The notes: generated by a model from the sequence alone, not told the origin. A stretch of 48,076 nt of DNA, filler included, from Hemiscyllium ocellatum (GCF_020745735.1; 2 parts of 2 records of this genome joined end to end with filler, not necessarily neighbours in it), one strand, 5' to 3'. Shown: positions 1 to 13,144, counted from the whole stretch's first letter. Translations and numbers: made by a program.

Positions 1-764
1 TATAGGTCAATGTGCAGTTTCACACCTTCAGTATGCAAAATTGACAAAATGAATTATTACTGTCCGCCTGTGGAAGAACTGTTGAGCGTGAATTCTATTT
101 CCCACCTCTCCACAAACCTGGCTTTCTGTCCACATTAATTCAGTGGCTGGTGTTTGATATCTCTATTTGTAAATTTGTCTACTTTTTCTCTTCAATTTTT
201 TTTTCAAGTGTCAGGTTACTTTACATATTTAGTTTATTTGTTAGAGTACACATACTTATTGCGTCAACATGACGTAAATATTTCAATAGGTATATAGCTG
301 ATGAAAATGAAATTACTGTTAGCCAATATAGGAAGGCATCTGAGTTCGTGGCCATTCCAATTTCAGGAGCATGCAGTAACTACAGTGTGCAACTTTTCCT
401 GAATCCAACCACGTTCGCAATAAGGGTCAGCAAATGTTCTACTCTAATAAACAAATGCTCTAAGCAAAGTATTTGTCAGGTGAAGTAACAACTGAAATAT
501 GGCTTTGGAAGGAGACACTAACGGCGACACTATCAGTCCCATTGCAAAAATATCTGCTTTAGTGTGCTAAGAAGCGAGCGAGCTCAAGGTAATGTGAACA
601 AAAACAAGGGTGCTGTGATTTAACTTTAAACAAAAAATGAACAACCGTTTATGTGATAAAAGTCAAGATAGATTGACTGCAATGCATACTCAGTTATGGT
701 AGAATGCTGCATTTCACGTTTTGTGACATGACCATGAGTTTGTGCGACTTCAAGGGCAAGTGCC

Positions 765-1040
765 GAGTGACACTGAGGAGCTCAGTGGTTAGCACTACTG
801 CTGTATAACTTTACACACTGAGTTCGAATCTACCGTAGGGCGACTACTTGTGTGGACCTTGAACATTCACTCCATCCATTTGTTGGATTCCTCACATTGG
901 AAAAGCGTACAGGTTAGCTGCATTGGGCTGGGGTGTGCAAATGGGTAATGTAGGGCTGATCTGGCTATGACGTTCTTCGCAACGTCGATGTGGTCTTGAT
1001 GGGCCAAATAGCGTGCTGTCACGTTTCGAGAATTCTAGTG
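765..1040 (+). mobile_element. Old tRNA-derived SINE (HE1-like), degenerate
   Basis: A box-like GCTCAGTGGTTAGCAC, B box-like GAGTTCGAATC, then a body resembling the younger SINE at 13321-13668. Boundaries approximate. Confidence 0.7.
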
Positions 1041-1104
1041 TAATTCACACAAATAAATGGTCACGTAAACTACTTAATAGAGATGATTTACAGTAGTACT
1101 ACAG

Positions 1105-1309
1105 AGATAGGTTCAAGGAGATATTGGAAGGTGCATCTCACGCATTGTTAGCTGAAGGTAACGTTATAATACAGGGATCCATTAAATTGGAGGGAGCAAC
1201 AGAAAATATAGTGATATATTGAGTCAATATTTTGAGTGAGATTTACAGTGAACTTTGCAGCAAAGAGACAGATACCGCAAGAATATGTTGCCCAATTAAT
1301 GTCACAGTT
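1105..1309 (+). pseudogene. Possible highly decayed TCR V alpha/delta exon with internal deletions
   Basis: V-like pieces in shifted frames: VQGDI; ALLAEGNVIIQ..ENIVIY* (TGA at the Trp position); RFTVNF; DTARICC followed by 3 codons + 2 nt and then CACAGTT (1303-1309). That Cys-to-heptamer spacing equals the intact V genes. No recognisable nonamer. Confidence 0.35.
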
Positions 1310-4300
1310 TCCGAGACGTGCCAAATGATGGATAAGCAGAATGAGGAGCAGGCATCAAATAAAGATACAGATGGTGTGATGGGGGATTTCAGACAAGAGG
1401 AATTAATGGATGCTTCAAAGATTGCGGTGGGAAAAAATGAGTTCCAATTGCTGGGCTATAGTGTCAGCACTGGGATAAGTGGAAGTTGTTCCGTTCTGAT
1501 TGCCGACATCTGTGCTTTGCTGAGATCTGTGTCACAGAACGTTTAGGGAAGTAGTGAGGGTTCCGAACCTTGTCAGGGCAGGATTACATTTTGGAACATT
1601 GATTTAATCAAAGAATATAGCAAAGGCATTCTTTTGGAAAATAATCAACTGCGCGTGACTAGTTGGGGCAGAAAGTGCAAACTTATATATAAACCAACAG
1701 ATAAAAGCAGAACTTACAGGGACAATGAGCAGGCAAAATGCAAATATTGCAATCAAAACAAAGGAAGAATGTCAGTCAACATGGCAAGTTAAATTGAAAT
1801 AAGCAAGTATAATCTGATATTTATTGCAGAGACATATTACCCACAACTCGTAATTTGAAAACAGATGCATAAATTCACTGATAGCGTGCAATACAGGGTT
1901 GTGCAAAACATTTACATTTTGTCTCAGTGTTGCACTTTCTCAGTCAGAAAATTAGATTCAAACAAACCCATCAATGAGTCGCTCTCCTTCAGCTAATGGT
2001 TAAGGAGAACAGGAAAAATAAAAGAGTGGGGTTTTATAGTCGGCTCACTAAAAACTTATTTACATAATCACCGAGTGAATGAGTCACAAATGAATGTCAG
2101 ACCAACATCTGAAATCTTTGTCCAGCAAGGTGATTGAAAAGTTGATTCATGTGAATCTGCAAACGAACACTCTATGGAACTTGGATTACTGAGTAACTTG
2201 TTTTGTGTATCAGTTTTGTAATTCATTTTGTGTTGGGTATTGAACGGAATCTGATTTCAGAATTTGTACAGAGAGCAGGTCAATATAACATCAGGAGTAC
2301 ATGCTGACGGAAATGAATGACATAATCGAGGATCAGGTGCAGGTATGAATAAGTATAAATTTGTTTCTGTAATTTTCTGTTGGTAGTTAAGCCCTTCTTC
2401 ATACAATATGAAGGGGAATGATGCAAGCACTTATCACAATTAAAACATGAAACGGAAATCTATTTCAATAATAACGATAAAACGGTGACTACAGAGCAAC
2501 ATGAATTGTCCATGCAAACAATGTTGGAAGAAATGGGGGAGAATTTGTAAACTACACTTGAGCTGTGCAAGTGTTCAACCTACAATCTCCTGATTTGTAA
2601 TCAGACACGTTATCCATTGGCCCAGGTCTGACATGCTGCCCTTGACTCACTTCTTGAAGAGATGCAGTGTTAACAAGTGCATGTGTGATCTTTTATTGCG
2701 TCAAATGGTTGTCAATCTTTCGAATTCTCCAACCCATATTTGTGTGGATGCTCGCTGGATATGCGTATCTGATATAGGAGCATTTGGAATTCTATCGGGT
2801 TCAGGTGGTAATCTCGTATTGAGGCTCGTGACTCATCGGGTGGTAATGTTGAAACATGAGGGTGGAAGGGGCCAAAGAACCCACATTGCTACTGTGTTTC
2901 TGTCTCATTGAAGTGACGATACTGGTGCATTAGAGGGCGCTTGAGTGGTACCATTTTCGAGGGGTGGGTTCACGTTTCAGACTCTTTGAAACGCAGCGTT
3001 GATATTGATTCAAATTTGAGGTGTTTCTGGATGTGTTGGAATAAGCGAGTGAGGTACCACTGAATTTGGGATCTGATCAGTAGAGCAAGAAACTCCACTC
3101 TCTGCCATTGTGAGGTATTTGTTGATTTGCTTCCAAGAAACCAGCAGAGACCCGCCTGTGGAACGTTTTTCGAAATAGCCTAAATGAATGTCAGTTACAT
3201 GTTTCCAAGTCACTGTTGATCGAATGGTTAAGGAAGTGTGTTTATGACCAATGAAAATGGATCCTCTTTCGTGCTCAATATATCAAATTTAATTGATAAT
3301 GTTACTTTGCATTACTGACAATAACAATGCTCCTGCAGAATCGCTCAGAATTTACAGGGACATAAAACGAACTCAGTTCTACTTTTCCTATCCTTCTTAA
3401 GGATCCAGAAATTCGCTTCCACAGAGGGAACAGCATCTTACCGAGATAGGGGACATCTTTTTAATCGGTGTCCCAATCCCCATTGTAACAAATACATAGT
3501 TGAGCATAGAGTTTCATTTAAAAAAAGTGAAGAAAATAAAGAAGACATGTGAATTGAATATATTTCATCACAGACTGTTACAGCCGATTGTTTTGATGCT
3601 GTTGGCTGGCTTCCCTCTGAGCCAGTGCAGTTGGCTTCACCTGCGATGTGAAAACAATACTGATTTTGGTAGAATTGCTTTGTCTCTAAAGGTGCTGCTT
3701 TTAAAGTCAGAAATTTGCTTTCCTTTCAACAGTTTGCACAATAAGAATCCAGTTTCCTGAACAGGGATTGAAGCAAGGCAATGTCTGCGAAAAAGCAAAT
3801 TCGTCAGAACTAAAGCATCTGGAAAGATATTGGTCAATCTTGTACCTTCCTTAACGACAAGTGTTCTCTGGAAGCCCAAAACCCCGGATTGGTCTCACTG
3901 ATTTAGTTTGCAGTATGCAGAAGGGAGCTCGACAGCAGCAGAAAAACAGAGGAGACTGAAGCAGGCCGGAGGAAAAGAATGAAGAGCTGAACTTGGAGTT
4001 CAACCCAGTGATCATTGAACGTGCGTGAGACAGGGATTTATTAACTTGGACAAACGAGAAATAATCAGACATACATGAATCATGTGAATTTCAGAGAAGA
4101 AAATACTATATTCCTCATGTCAAAATAAGGTTACTGAAAATGCTATTGCACTGCTGAGCGCTAGCAACGCTGGGTTTATAGAATTTATCATGCCAAATAA
4201 TTTTTATTTGCTTGGAGTTCAGTAATCTCAGGAACACGATCAAGAGAATTGACAAAAAGGAGAAACACACGTTCGTTTGTACATTGAACTTTAGTACAAT

Positions 4301-4850
4301 CTAGAATTTCCAATGTAAGTGGAAGTTAATTCAGTACTAACTTTCAGAATGGTATTGCATAGAAACTTGGAAAGTAAAACAATTTGCACAGCTACAGCAT
4401 ATGGCAAAAGCTGTGGCTGTGAATCCAACGACACAAATGTTTCAAAGGGCAATCAAAGACATAATAGTCAAAATAGCCTCAATCTGTTTTATATTATTAC
4501 GCAATTCTTGATCTATTATTCTCCCCCACCCCCCTCCCCACGTATCTTTTCGTCAGCGATTCTGTGCTTGCGGGCAAGATGGTCACAGGCATGTCAGCAT
4601 CCAACAGGCCCGGATGCAGCTGTGCACAGCTTCTCTTCTCACATGAGGCATTGAGTTTGCTCAAAGCCTAATCTCCTGCAGTTCTGCCAACAGCTTCCGC
4701 TTGCTGTCATGGATCTGACACGCCCTCCCTTCTCGCTGATACTGCTAAGATCGCTGCAGCCGTCACTGTAGTCATTGAGTGGGACAGTTTTGACCAGGAT
4801 CTCCGACAAAGAGTTTCATGGAGTGCAGAATTAACTACAAAGATAGCACC

Positions 4851-5331
4851 ATGAGGCGTATTCTAGCAGCACTCCTCGTAATTCTCTCAATTCTTAGTAA
4901 GTATTATTTCCAATAACATTCCATTTCCTTCGGCACATATGTTTGCAATTCAAGTGTCGTTATTAGGAAAACAACGACAGTAATGAACACGATTTTGGGA
5001 GTTGCTTTTTCGTTTTTTTCTTAGAATGGAGTCAGCAAGACACTGTCGAACAGCCAGACTCCGAAATTGCGGTACAAGGAGGAGGCAATGTCACACTAAA
5101 CTGCAGCTTGCAGACAAGCGATACCAACACTTATGTTTACTGGTACAGTCAACTCGTAGGAAAACCTCCTCAGTACATGGTTTCTATAGTTGGAGGAAAG
5201 GTTGTAAAGAGGAATCCTGATGTTCCGAAACGATTCTCTTTCACATTTACTAAATCCACGAAGAATACTGACTTAACAATCAGCAAGGCCATCATTTCTG
5301 ACTCCGCCATGTATTTCTGTGCTCTGGAGCC
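4851..5331 (+). CDS. TCR V alpha/delta gene segment, apparently functional (leader exon 4851-4896, V exon 5025-5331)
   Basis: Leader MRRILAALLVILSIL, phase-1 GTAAGT donor, polypyrimidine-TTAG acceptor. The in-frame V exon reads ..VTLNCSLQTSDTNTYVYWYSQ..LTISKAIISDSAMYFCALEP with Cys, Trp and Cys intact, followed by an RSS. Confidence 0.92.
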
Positions 5332-5371
5332 CACATTAATACAGAGTTATGACACAGCCTATACAAAAACC
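5332..5371 (+). promoter_or_regulatory. Recombination signal sequence of V(4851): CACATTA - 24 bp - ACAAAAACC
   Basis: Heptamer 5332-5338, consensus nonamer 5363-5371; the spacer counts 24 nt. Confidence 0.88.
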
Positions 5372-7789
5372 CAGTACCAGTTAGAGCTCACCAGCAGGCT
5401 CACTCACGTCTAGAAAGAGAAAGGACAATTCAGCTCCAGAAGAAGTGTCACAGATGAGTCCAGTAATGTGAGAAAAAAAAGTGTGAACGATAAATAAAAA
5501 TTAGCTACTTTTCAGAGTTGTATCAATATGTTAGCTTAGGATGTAAATGTGCTAAGACTGAATTGCGCAAACTCATCAGAGATGATCTCTTTCTGATATT
5601 GTTTCCTATCTACTTTTCCAATACATTGTCTTCTCATCCCTCCAGTCTGTGAGTCTCTACACCGCAAGAGAAATTAAATTTTACTTGTGGACTTCTGATA
5701 ATGTAAAACTTGATGTTTGGTATGTGAGTTCACAAATAACGCCTTTTAATTAGCAGGATGGACAGACTGATGCGGAAATATGTATTGAAATGCTTCATCC
5801 TTCTGTTCACAGAATTGCGAAAAATAATCAGAACAAGCCACAGAGACAGCACACGTCGTTTCCCAGATGCGGTGTTAAATTTTACTTCTCAACAGTCACC
5901 GAAAATGTTGTATGAATAAAAGAATCACGTTTGAAATTAACATTAGCCTGTGTCAGGCATCCACCAATAATCATCAAACAGAACTAAACATTGTGAAAAG
6001 GCAATCATAAAAAAGCTCCGATGAGTAGAATATGCCGTGTAGAGGAAACGTGAATTTTATTACATTTTGTATCTGACAAGTCAAAATATGTTGTCATGTA
6101 AGTTTCTAAATTTTATGACTAAGCACATTTTTTGGAAATAAGACGTGCAACCTTTGTCACCATATGCACTGCCTCAATGGTAGATACATCAAATGATCAA
6201 TTCAAATTATTTCAATTAAATTCCACTGATGCCTAACAGCCGTGGATAATCACAGACACCTGCTGTCAGGAAAAGGGACATCTGTGGATTATCAGTAGTT
6301 TAATCAGTTGTTTAATTTAATTCAATGCGAGATGTTTGGCCAACAATGCTTTTATATAAATGTTCGGTGGACACGTTTTTATTTAACTGAATGATCCAGT
6401 CGCGTATTGAAAACGAAAGTGTTCAATTTTGGGCCAGAAAGCATCCATACACTTTCCTTCACTTCAAATGAATATATTGATATCTCTTTCTTCTGATGAT
6501 ATACAATGCAAGAAATAGCTAAATTATGGGATTTTCAGAGTAGCGTATCCGAAATGGTGACAATAAACTGAAAAGTGTGGAAACAGAAATGCTATAAACC
6601 ACAACACATCAAGCAATATTCATAAAAAGAGAGGAAGCTGACCTTTAAAATCTAGATAATCCTTCATTATCGCTGGTTACAAATAAAAAGCACGCCCCGA
6701 AATGCTTGCCAAGACAGGGCAGCAAGTTTGAAACAAACTGGTCTCCCTGAAATGGGTTGCGTCAATAGATAAAATGATGCACCTGATATCCGTGTCTCTA
6801 CTGGTAGTTCTACACACAGGTACTGGACAACAACTAAACAATCGACAGATGCATTGTTCTCTATCCCAGCCAATCAGCTGACTGCTTTCTCTATTCTACA
6901 TTTCAAAACGTCAACCAAGGACAGCGAAAAATGAATGAAATTGAAATCGGGACTCTCCTGCAGTTCAAACTGATACTGCACATGACACATGGAATACTTT
7001 GTGCTTGTGCTTATTCAGGCAAGGTGGAAAACATCAACAATTCGTTTACACAATAATGCTTAAAATGTTTTCTTCATAACGGGTATTTGATGCCCAGTAG
7101 CCACGATGTTTGCCATTGAAACAGGTTTCGTTCTAGCATTTTAAAAAGTGAATGTGTGAGATTTTCTGTCATATTGGTGCTTACCATGCATTAAGGTGCA
7201 GGAGAGCACTCAATGCCTTCATTGCATGTTTGATAGGGAATATCTGTTACAATGATTAGCAATTTTGAAAATGAATTGAAAATTCTGAGAGTATATTATG
7301 CTATATGCAAAACGTATTTCATTGTACTCTTGGTTTAGATATACTTGACAGAGACTGATGGAAGTACTGCGGTTTTACATTACTCCCGTTTCAGTGATTG
7401 CATCCACACACTTCTGAGTTTTTCATCAGAGCAGCTGAATGTATTTTGATACAGATAATACAAAGGCCAGAGCAATGATTTTTTTTAATCAAAGATTGGT
7501 TGCATCTGTGACTTTGATATATGCATTGAAGCCTTATGTCATCTATGAGTACGTGTCTAAGCTTGTTTAAAAATGGCTACAATGACTGTAGCACAAAATG
7601 AGCACTACCGGTTGTCAGCAGTTAACGACGTGTCAGCTCATTTCAGAACAGAATGTGTCTTATTTTCGATTCTATTCGTGGTAGTGACAATGAAGGATAG
7701 GGATTGTCACATTGCATCAGTGTCCTTACAAAGGTGTCTCATTGATTTTTAATAACTTTGCAATTTAAAACAAGCTTCGACGTGATCCA

Positions 7790-8120
7790 CAGATACAGTG
7801 CATAGCAAGATACATTTTCCCTGGGCAGAAATAGTTATCAGGATGGGGGCATAATTTTAAGGTCTTTGGAGGAAGGATAAGGGGACATGTCAAAGGTCGG
7901 TTCTTTACACAGCACCTGGTGGTTACGTAGCATGGACTGCCAGCAGTGCCATTCGACTCATTTAAACCGAGATATTTAAGATTCTCTTGGATAGGCACAC
8001 ACATTATCGTGAAAAATGTGTATGCAACTTGGTTGGTTGTTAGAGTAAGATAAAAGTCGGCTCAACATTGAGGGCTGAAGGGCCTTTACTATGCTGTACT
8101 ATTTTATGTTCGATATTCTA
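7790..8120 (+). mobile_element. Old CR1-type LINE 3' fragment (a second 3' tail lies at about 8790-8885)
   Basis: ORF2 C-terminal-like sequence and a 3' UTR ending GAGGGCTGAAGGGCCT..TACTATGCTGTAC, similar to the other CR1 tails in the window. Confidence 0.7.
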
Positions 8121-9054
8121 TGTTCAAAATTGAAATTCAGTTTATTTGTATCTTGTACAAATATCAGAATATTGCGAACATCATCAAATGGAGCACGGAA
8201 TTAAGGCCACATTTTGCCAAGGATTGCAATCTGTCCATGTCCAGTGTATCTGGTTACCATCAGACAAGGCATTTTTTTTTGGAGGGGTTTGTTTTTGATA
8301 GTGATCTTCTTACTAGGCCAGAAGAACTGTGTTCAGAATTCACCATAGTAAACACAAATGGCCAGAGATTTGTTTCATGCCACGTTCAAATTGTTTGAAG
8401 AAGAAGCAGAAATGGTGTTCTCCAAAAAGTTCCTCGTAAGAAATTTAGTTTACGAGTCTACTATGATTACATACTGACATGTTAAAACCATTCATCGACT
8501 TTGATAAGTTCAGTATTGGTACAGAACTGAATGTTGCAGATTCCATGTTGCTGAGTTTGTGAGTTAACTGCTTTGTAACTTCTCTCCTTCATTTGCAGTT
8601 CTAAGTACGCAGTGTTTGATGGATTGCATTACCTATGTATCCATGTCAGGATTCCTGTTATGGTCTGATTCATTTTTTCATGAAAATAAATTCGTGAATT
8701 CGCAATAATGTATAATACGTGCTAAAGTTCTTTTGGAAAGGAGGAAGAAGTAATAGGTATATGGTAGTCCGTCAAATGAAGGGGATCTAATTTCATTTGG
8801 TCTTAGAGTAGGATAAAAAGTCGGTGCAACATTGAGGGCCGAATGCCTGTACTGTACTGTAATGTTCTACATTTTACGTTCTATGCTGTTGTTCGGGCTG
8901 TTGTTTGTGACAAGCAACGTGTAACAAGTAAGCCTACCAGTTTTCCATCTCTGTGAAGATGGAAAACTACAACAGCAGATGAAGGCACAAATGAAATAAA
9001 GCTGCAAATACTGGCGAATGATTTCCAAGCTTTTCGCTTTCATCTGATTCTGTG

Positions 9055-9727
9055 CCTCATGACGCAGTAATACACGACTATTCCTATCATACTGAGACTG
9101 CTTATATTGAAGTGGTTGTACTTATTTTAAGTGTCTGCAGTTACCATATATATGGTCCTGAAACTTCCTCATCATCTAATGTTACCACATTGTTTTAAAA
9201 AATCTTCGCTGGTGTAAAGTTTTCTCCAGATTGCACTACATGTAGCTTGCGTCCCCGATTCTGAACCATACTCCAATTGCAGCGATGCACTTCAGTCACC
9301 ACTATGGTCTCCAAACACTGTGTTACTCCACCTTCATACAGGCCATCTGTGGGCACAGGCATATAAGTAAGGAATTGGTTATCAATAGCCATCCAAACGA
9401 ATTTGTACGTGAGGATTTATGTGGAATTTCTAATTTTCCTAGCTGTCATTAACATGCCTATTTCACATCAGGAATAACATCAAACACAATATCAAGCGTT
9501 TGAAATTTGATCTAAGATGTGCCTTTATAAACAGAAACAAGCATAGAGTGGAAATAAATAAAAAAAGGCTATTGTGATCATAAATATTTCGGACTGCATC
9601 TTAGTGAATACATTTTAAATGGCTAAGTTGCGAAGAAGAGAGAGAAGCCAGATGCTGTTGAATAAATTCTTCACGATGTTCACCTTATCCAGGTAGCAGA
9701 GGGGCTCAGCCCGCAGTGACAGAACAT
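9055..9727 (-). pseudogene. Inverted TCR V pseudogene (leader-like exon 9727-9684, V exon 9346-9055)
   Basis: Acceptor ..GTGCCCACAG, then DGLYEGGVTQCLETIVVTE, frameshifts, KFQDHI, and ADT*NKYNHFNISSLSMIGIVVYYCVMR, followed directly by heptamer CACAGAA (9054-9048). The nonamer is decayed. The leader is 44 nt (out of phase) with an AG|GTGAAC donor. Confidence 0.75.
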
Positions 9728-9750
9728 CTTTCTGGGAGTCATGTCCATTT

Positions 9751-9928
9751 TGACCTCATTCACTGCAAGATGCCTGGCGCGTTGTGACCTCAAATTATGT
9801 ACAGGGACAGGTCCGTTATGATCTAACTGACTACGTGTGGTCAGGTCCACTGTGACATCAGTGACTGCAGGGAGACTGCCTCATTATGATCTCACCCATT
9901 TACGGCTATGAGGCTCATTATGATCTCA
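9751..9928 (-). promoter_or_regulatory. Cluster of CRE/AP-1-like TGANNTCA motifs upstream of the inverted V leader (putative V promoter)
   Basis: Plus-strand TGACCTCA at 9751 and 9785, TGACATCA at 9853, CTCATTATGATCTCA at 9880 and 9914; all lie within about 200 bp 5' of the minus-strand ATG at 9727. Confidence 0.5.
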
Positions 9929-10214
9929 TTCAGCTCAGGGTGCTTCTTGGTTTTATCGCTGCCTTCACATGAGTCTCCCTTTCTGGGTGTATTCAGCTGA
10001 ATAAAGATGGAATGCCCCAATGAATGAGTGCAGGATTTATTGATTGTCACAAGGAAAATAATCATAAGTAGACTTTCCCAGAAATTTCGTTTGGAGCTGC
10101 GTAGACTAATTTTTTGTCATTCTTAATTATTATGTCTGAATGTCAATACACACATTTGAACCGATTGATCAGGAATTAGTTGTCGGTTCCCGTCCTGGAC
10201 AATACAGAATGCCA

Positions 10215-10530
10215 AGGTGCAGTGGGATTATCGCAGTGCTGTTAATTTAGAGACCAAGGCAATGTTCTGGGGATTCCGATCTGAAACCCACCATGTTGGA
10301 ATTTGAATCTAATAACTATCTGAAATTAGGACTCTAGTGATGACTATGAATGCATTACTATTTTTTTAAAAATCCATCTGAGTCCTGAATAGTAGTTTTG
10401 AGAAGGAAACTACTATTCTTATACTGATCTAGACGTGAATTCACAGCCATTTAGTCGATTCTCAACTCCCCTGTGGGCAATTAGAAATGGGCAATAAATG
10501 ATGTTTATCCAGCGAGCCCACACACCATGG
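10215..10530 (+). mobile_element. SacSINE/DeuSINE-like SINE, degenerate
   Basis: Characteristic body ..AATGTTCTGGGG..GGAATTTGAAT..AAAAATCCATCTG..GAAGGAAAC..GGGCAATTAGAAATGGGCAATAAATG. Confidence 0.7.
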
Positions 10531-11369
10531 TTAAAATCTAACAACAAATTTGGATGTGTCTTTGGAGTTTCGGGCAAATGTGTTTATGGCAAGAAGCGCA
10601 AGTTCTATTTCTGATGTGAGCACTAACTCTGAGCAGGATGATTAGGAAACGAAAACAGTTCTAAAGTTGTAGTGGTAGTGTCTGAATCTCGAAACCAGGA
10701 AATCCCGCCCAGTTCAAAGATGTTAAATTGCACATCTCAGCATGTTGTTTAGAACACCAGCATTTCACCTGATTTTAAGGACTCCAATCTGAGCACAGAA
10801 AGGAAAACGAGGTTATCCTTTTTACCAAAGAGCATTGGAGAAATTTTCTGTCTGTTCAAAACAGTGCTTTTATTCATCGACCGATTGCACTTGGTTGTTT
10901 CCAATCAAAGTAACATCACTTTAGAAAAGATTATTACAATGGAAAATATGTTATATTTCGGGCAGTGTGGCGTTTTTTAACGATCTGAAACGGTGTATCG
11001 AAATGAGAGGGTGAAAAATTCTACACTAAGTCGCCAAAGGAAACATCATTAGTTGAAAAACAAATAGAGCATTGAGAATGAGGAGGTGAAAAATGATGTG
11101 AATAGCATTTCAGCTTCAACTGCTCGTGTAGCAGCGAATATACACCAGCAGAGGGTGGCACTGTAGCGCACAAAAATTTAAGATGATAGAATCTGGAAAA
11201 GAATTGGGACCTGATCAAGTTATTGTTATTCCTCCAAACCTTGTACGTTGTATGTCTCACTGCTCCTGCCAACATCTTCTAAAACATACTTAATTACTAT
11301 CAACCCATGCTCCCAAAATCATTTCCAATTTGTTGAATTTGTACCTAACTAGATACTCATAGAGACAGA

Positions 11370-11372
<3 letters not shown>

Positions 11373-11448
<76 letters not shown>
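11373..11448. repeat. (AC)38 microsatellite
   Basis: Read directly from the sequence. Confidence 0.98.
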
Positions 11449-11450
<2 letters not shown>

Positions 11451-13144
11451 ATCCACAAGCTGATATTTAGGCATAGAGACGTTCACAGTGAGACATAGAG
11501 TCGGAGAGGCAAAGAATTTCACTGCACATGTAAATGTCATTTTGACCTTCAAAACTGCACTGGTCAATAACAAGTGATTAACAAGTGATTAATCTCAAAT
11601 TCCAATATTGATTAATTTCCTTGGATTTCACGGCATCGCAAGTAAATGCCAAAAGAATTATCAAATGTAACAGCGTTTTTGCCTCTACCATCCTCAAAAC
11701 TTGGCTTTCAGATTTTCGAGACACGCTGGCTGAGTGAAAATGTATTTACATTTTTACTGAACCTATTGCATTTTACGTTAAATTTATCTAGCAGTCATTG
11801 AGACATTAAACAATGGGAAACATTTATTCTTGTCCATTCTGCCTACAACTGCTCCTGTCCTTCCGATGTATACCTTTCGAAATTTTACACATGGCAATCA
11901 TGACCGCTGAGGCCCCTCTGCTCCAAAGGTTGCAGACCGTTACATTGATTCCTCTGGCTGGCTTCCTTCTGGCCTAGTCTAATGTGAAACTATCCCCGAT
12001 TTTGGGCCGAGCCGATTTCTCCTCTAATTTTGCTGCTTTTTAAGTCGCGAACTAACATTCGTTTCAAAAGTGTTTTCCAAGAAGAATATATGTACGATTC
12101 CAGAACAGTAAATAAAGCCAGTCAATGGCGGTGAAAGAACAAATTCGTCAATACCATAACACCTGGAAACGCATTGATCAATCTCGCATCTTGTGTTAAT
12201 AATAAAGATCCTGTGAAAGCTTAAAACCCCGGACTGGTCTCATTTTTATGGTAAGTAGTATGCAGGCAGGTCAAATGCAGAACGAAAAGAGAATTCAGAA
12301 TAATAGAGAATACTAGGAAGAGAGGAAAGGAATGTGGAGCTGGGTTTGGAGTTCAGTCCAGAGATCATGGAGCATTTGTGAGACAGGGATTTACTGACTT
12401 GAAGAAACGAGATATGATCGCACAGATGAATCATATGGATTTTAGACAAGACAGTATTATTATCCTCACATCTTATTGAGCATAACGAAAACATTGTAAA
12501 ATTGTTGAGTGCTAGAAAAAAATGATTTATAGAATCCATCATTCAAATTGTGGACACGTGTTTGACGTTCAGTGACCTGTGCACAACTAGCGAGACAATT
12601 GACAAAGAAGAGAAGCACACGTTCTTTTACACTTCTAACCTTAGTATAGTCTAGCATTTCAAATGTAAGTGCGTTTTTATTCAATGCTAACATTCAGAAT
12701 ATTATTGCAAAGACAGATACGAAATAATCAAATTTGCACAGTTTTAGAAAGTGGCATTAGCTGTGATGGTGAAACTAATTACGCAAAGGTTTTAAGGAGC
12801 AGCCACAGTCAAAATGGAAGTATTAGCTTCCATTTATACCGCGAAATTATGCAATCCGTGATCATTTATTCCCTCCATCTCTATTTGCTCGACAGTGATG
12901 CTGTGCTCAGTGACAAGACCGTCACACATTACACAACATTCAATATTTCTGGATGCACACCTGCTTTCACACGGAGCAATGTGCTCACTCAGATCCGAGT
13001 CTACTCCAATTCCGCCATCACCTTCCCTGTGATATCACAGAGATTGATGCAGCAGTAAGTGTTAGTTATTGAGAGCAACGGTTTTCGCTAGGATCTCAGA
13101 CAAAATATGCTGCAGACTGCAGAATTTCAAACCCGGAGTGCATC

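Noticed and set aside
1232-1546. 104-aa ORF as a protein-coding gene
   Set aside because: Starts at TTG, has no splice or domain support, and only its first codons overlap the possible V fossil.
2174-2225. Leader-like MELGLLSNLFCVSVL followed by GTAATT
   Set aside because: The donor would be phase 2 and no V exon follows; likely chance.
3589-3700. J-like RSS (TGTTTTGAT-23-GCCAGTG) followed by FGRIALSLKV
   Set aside because: The heptamer is poor, there is no FGxG motif or donor, and the arrangement is not preserved in the duplicate at about 11940.
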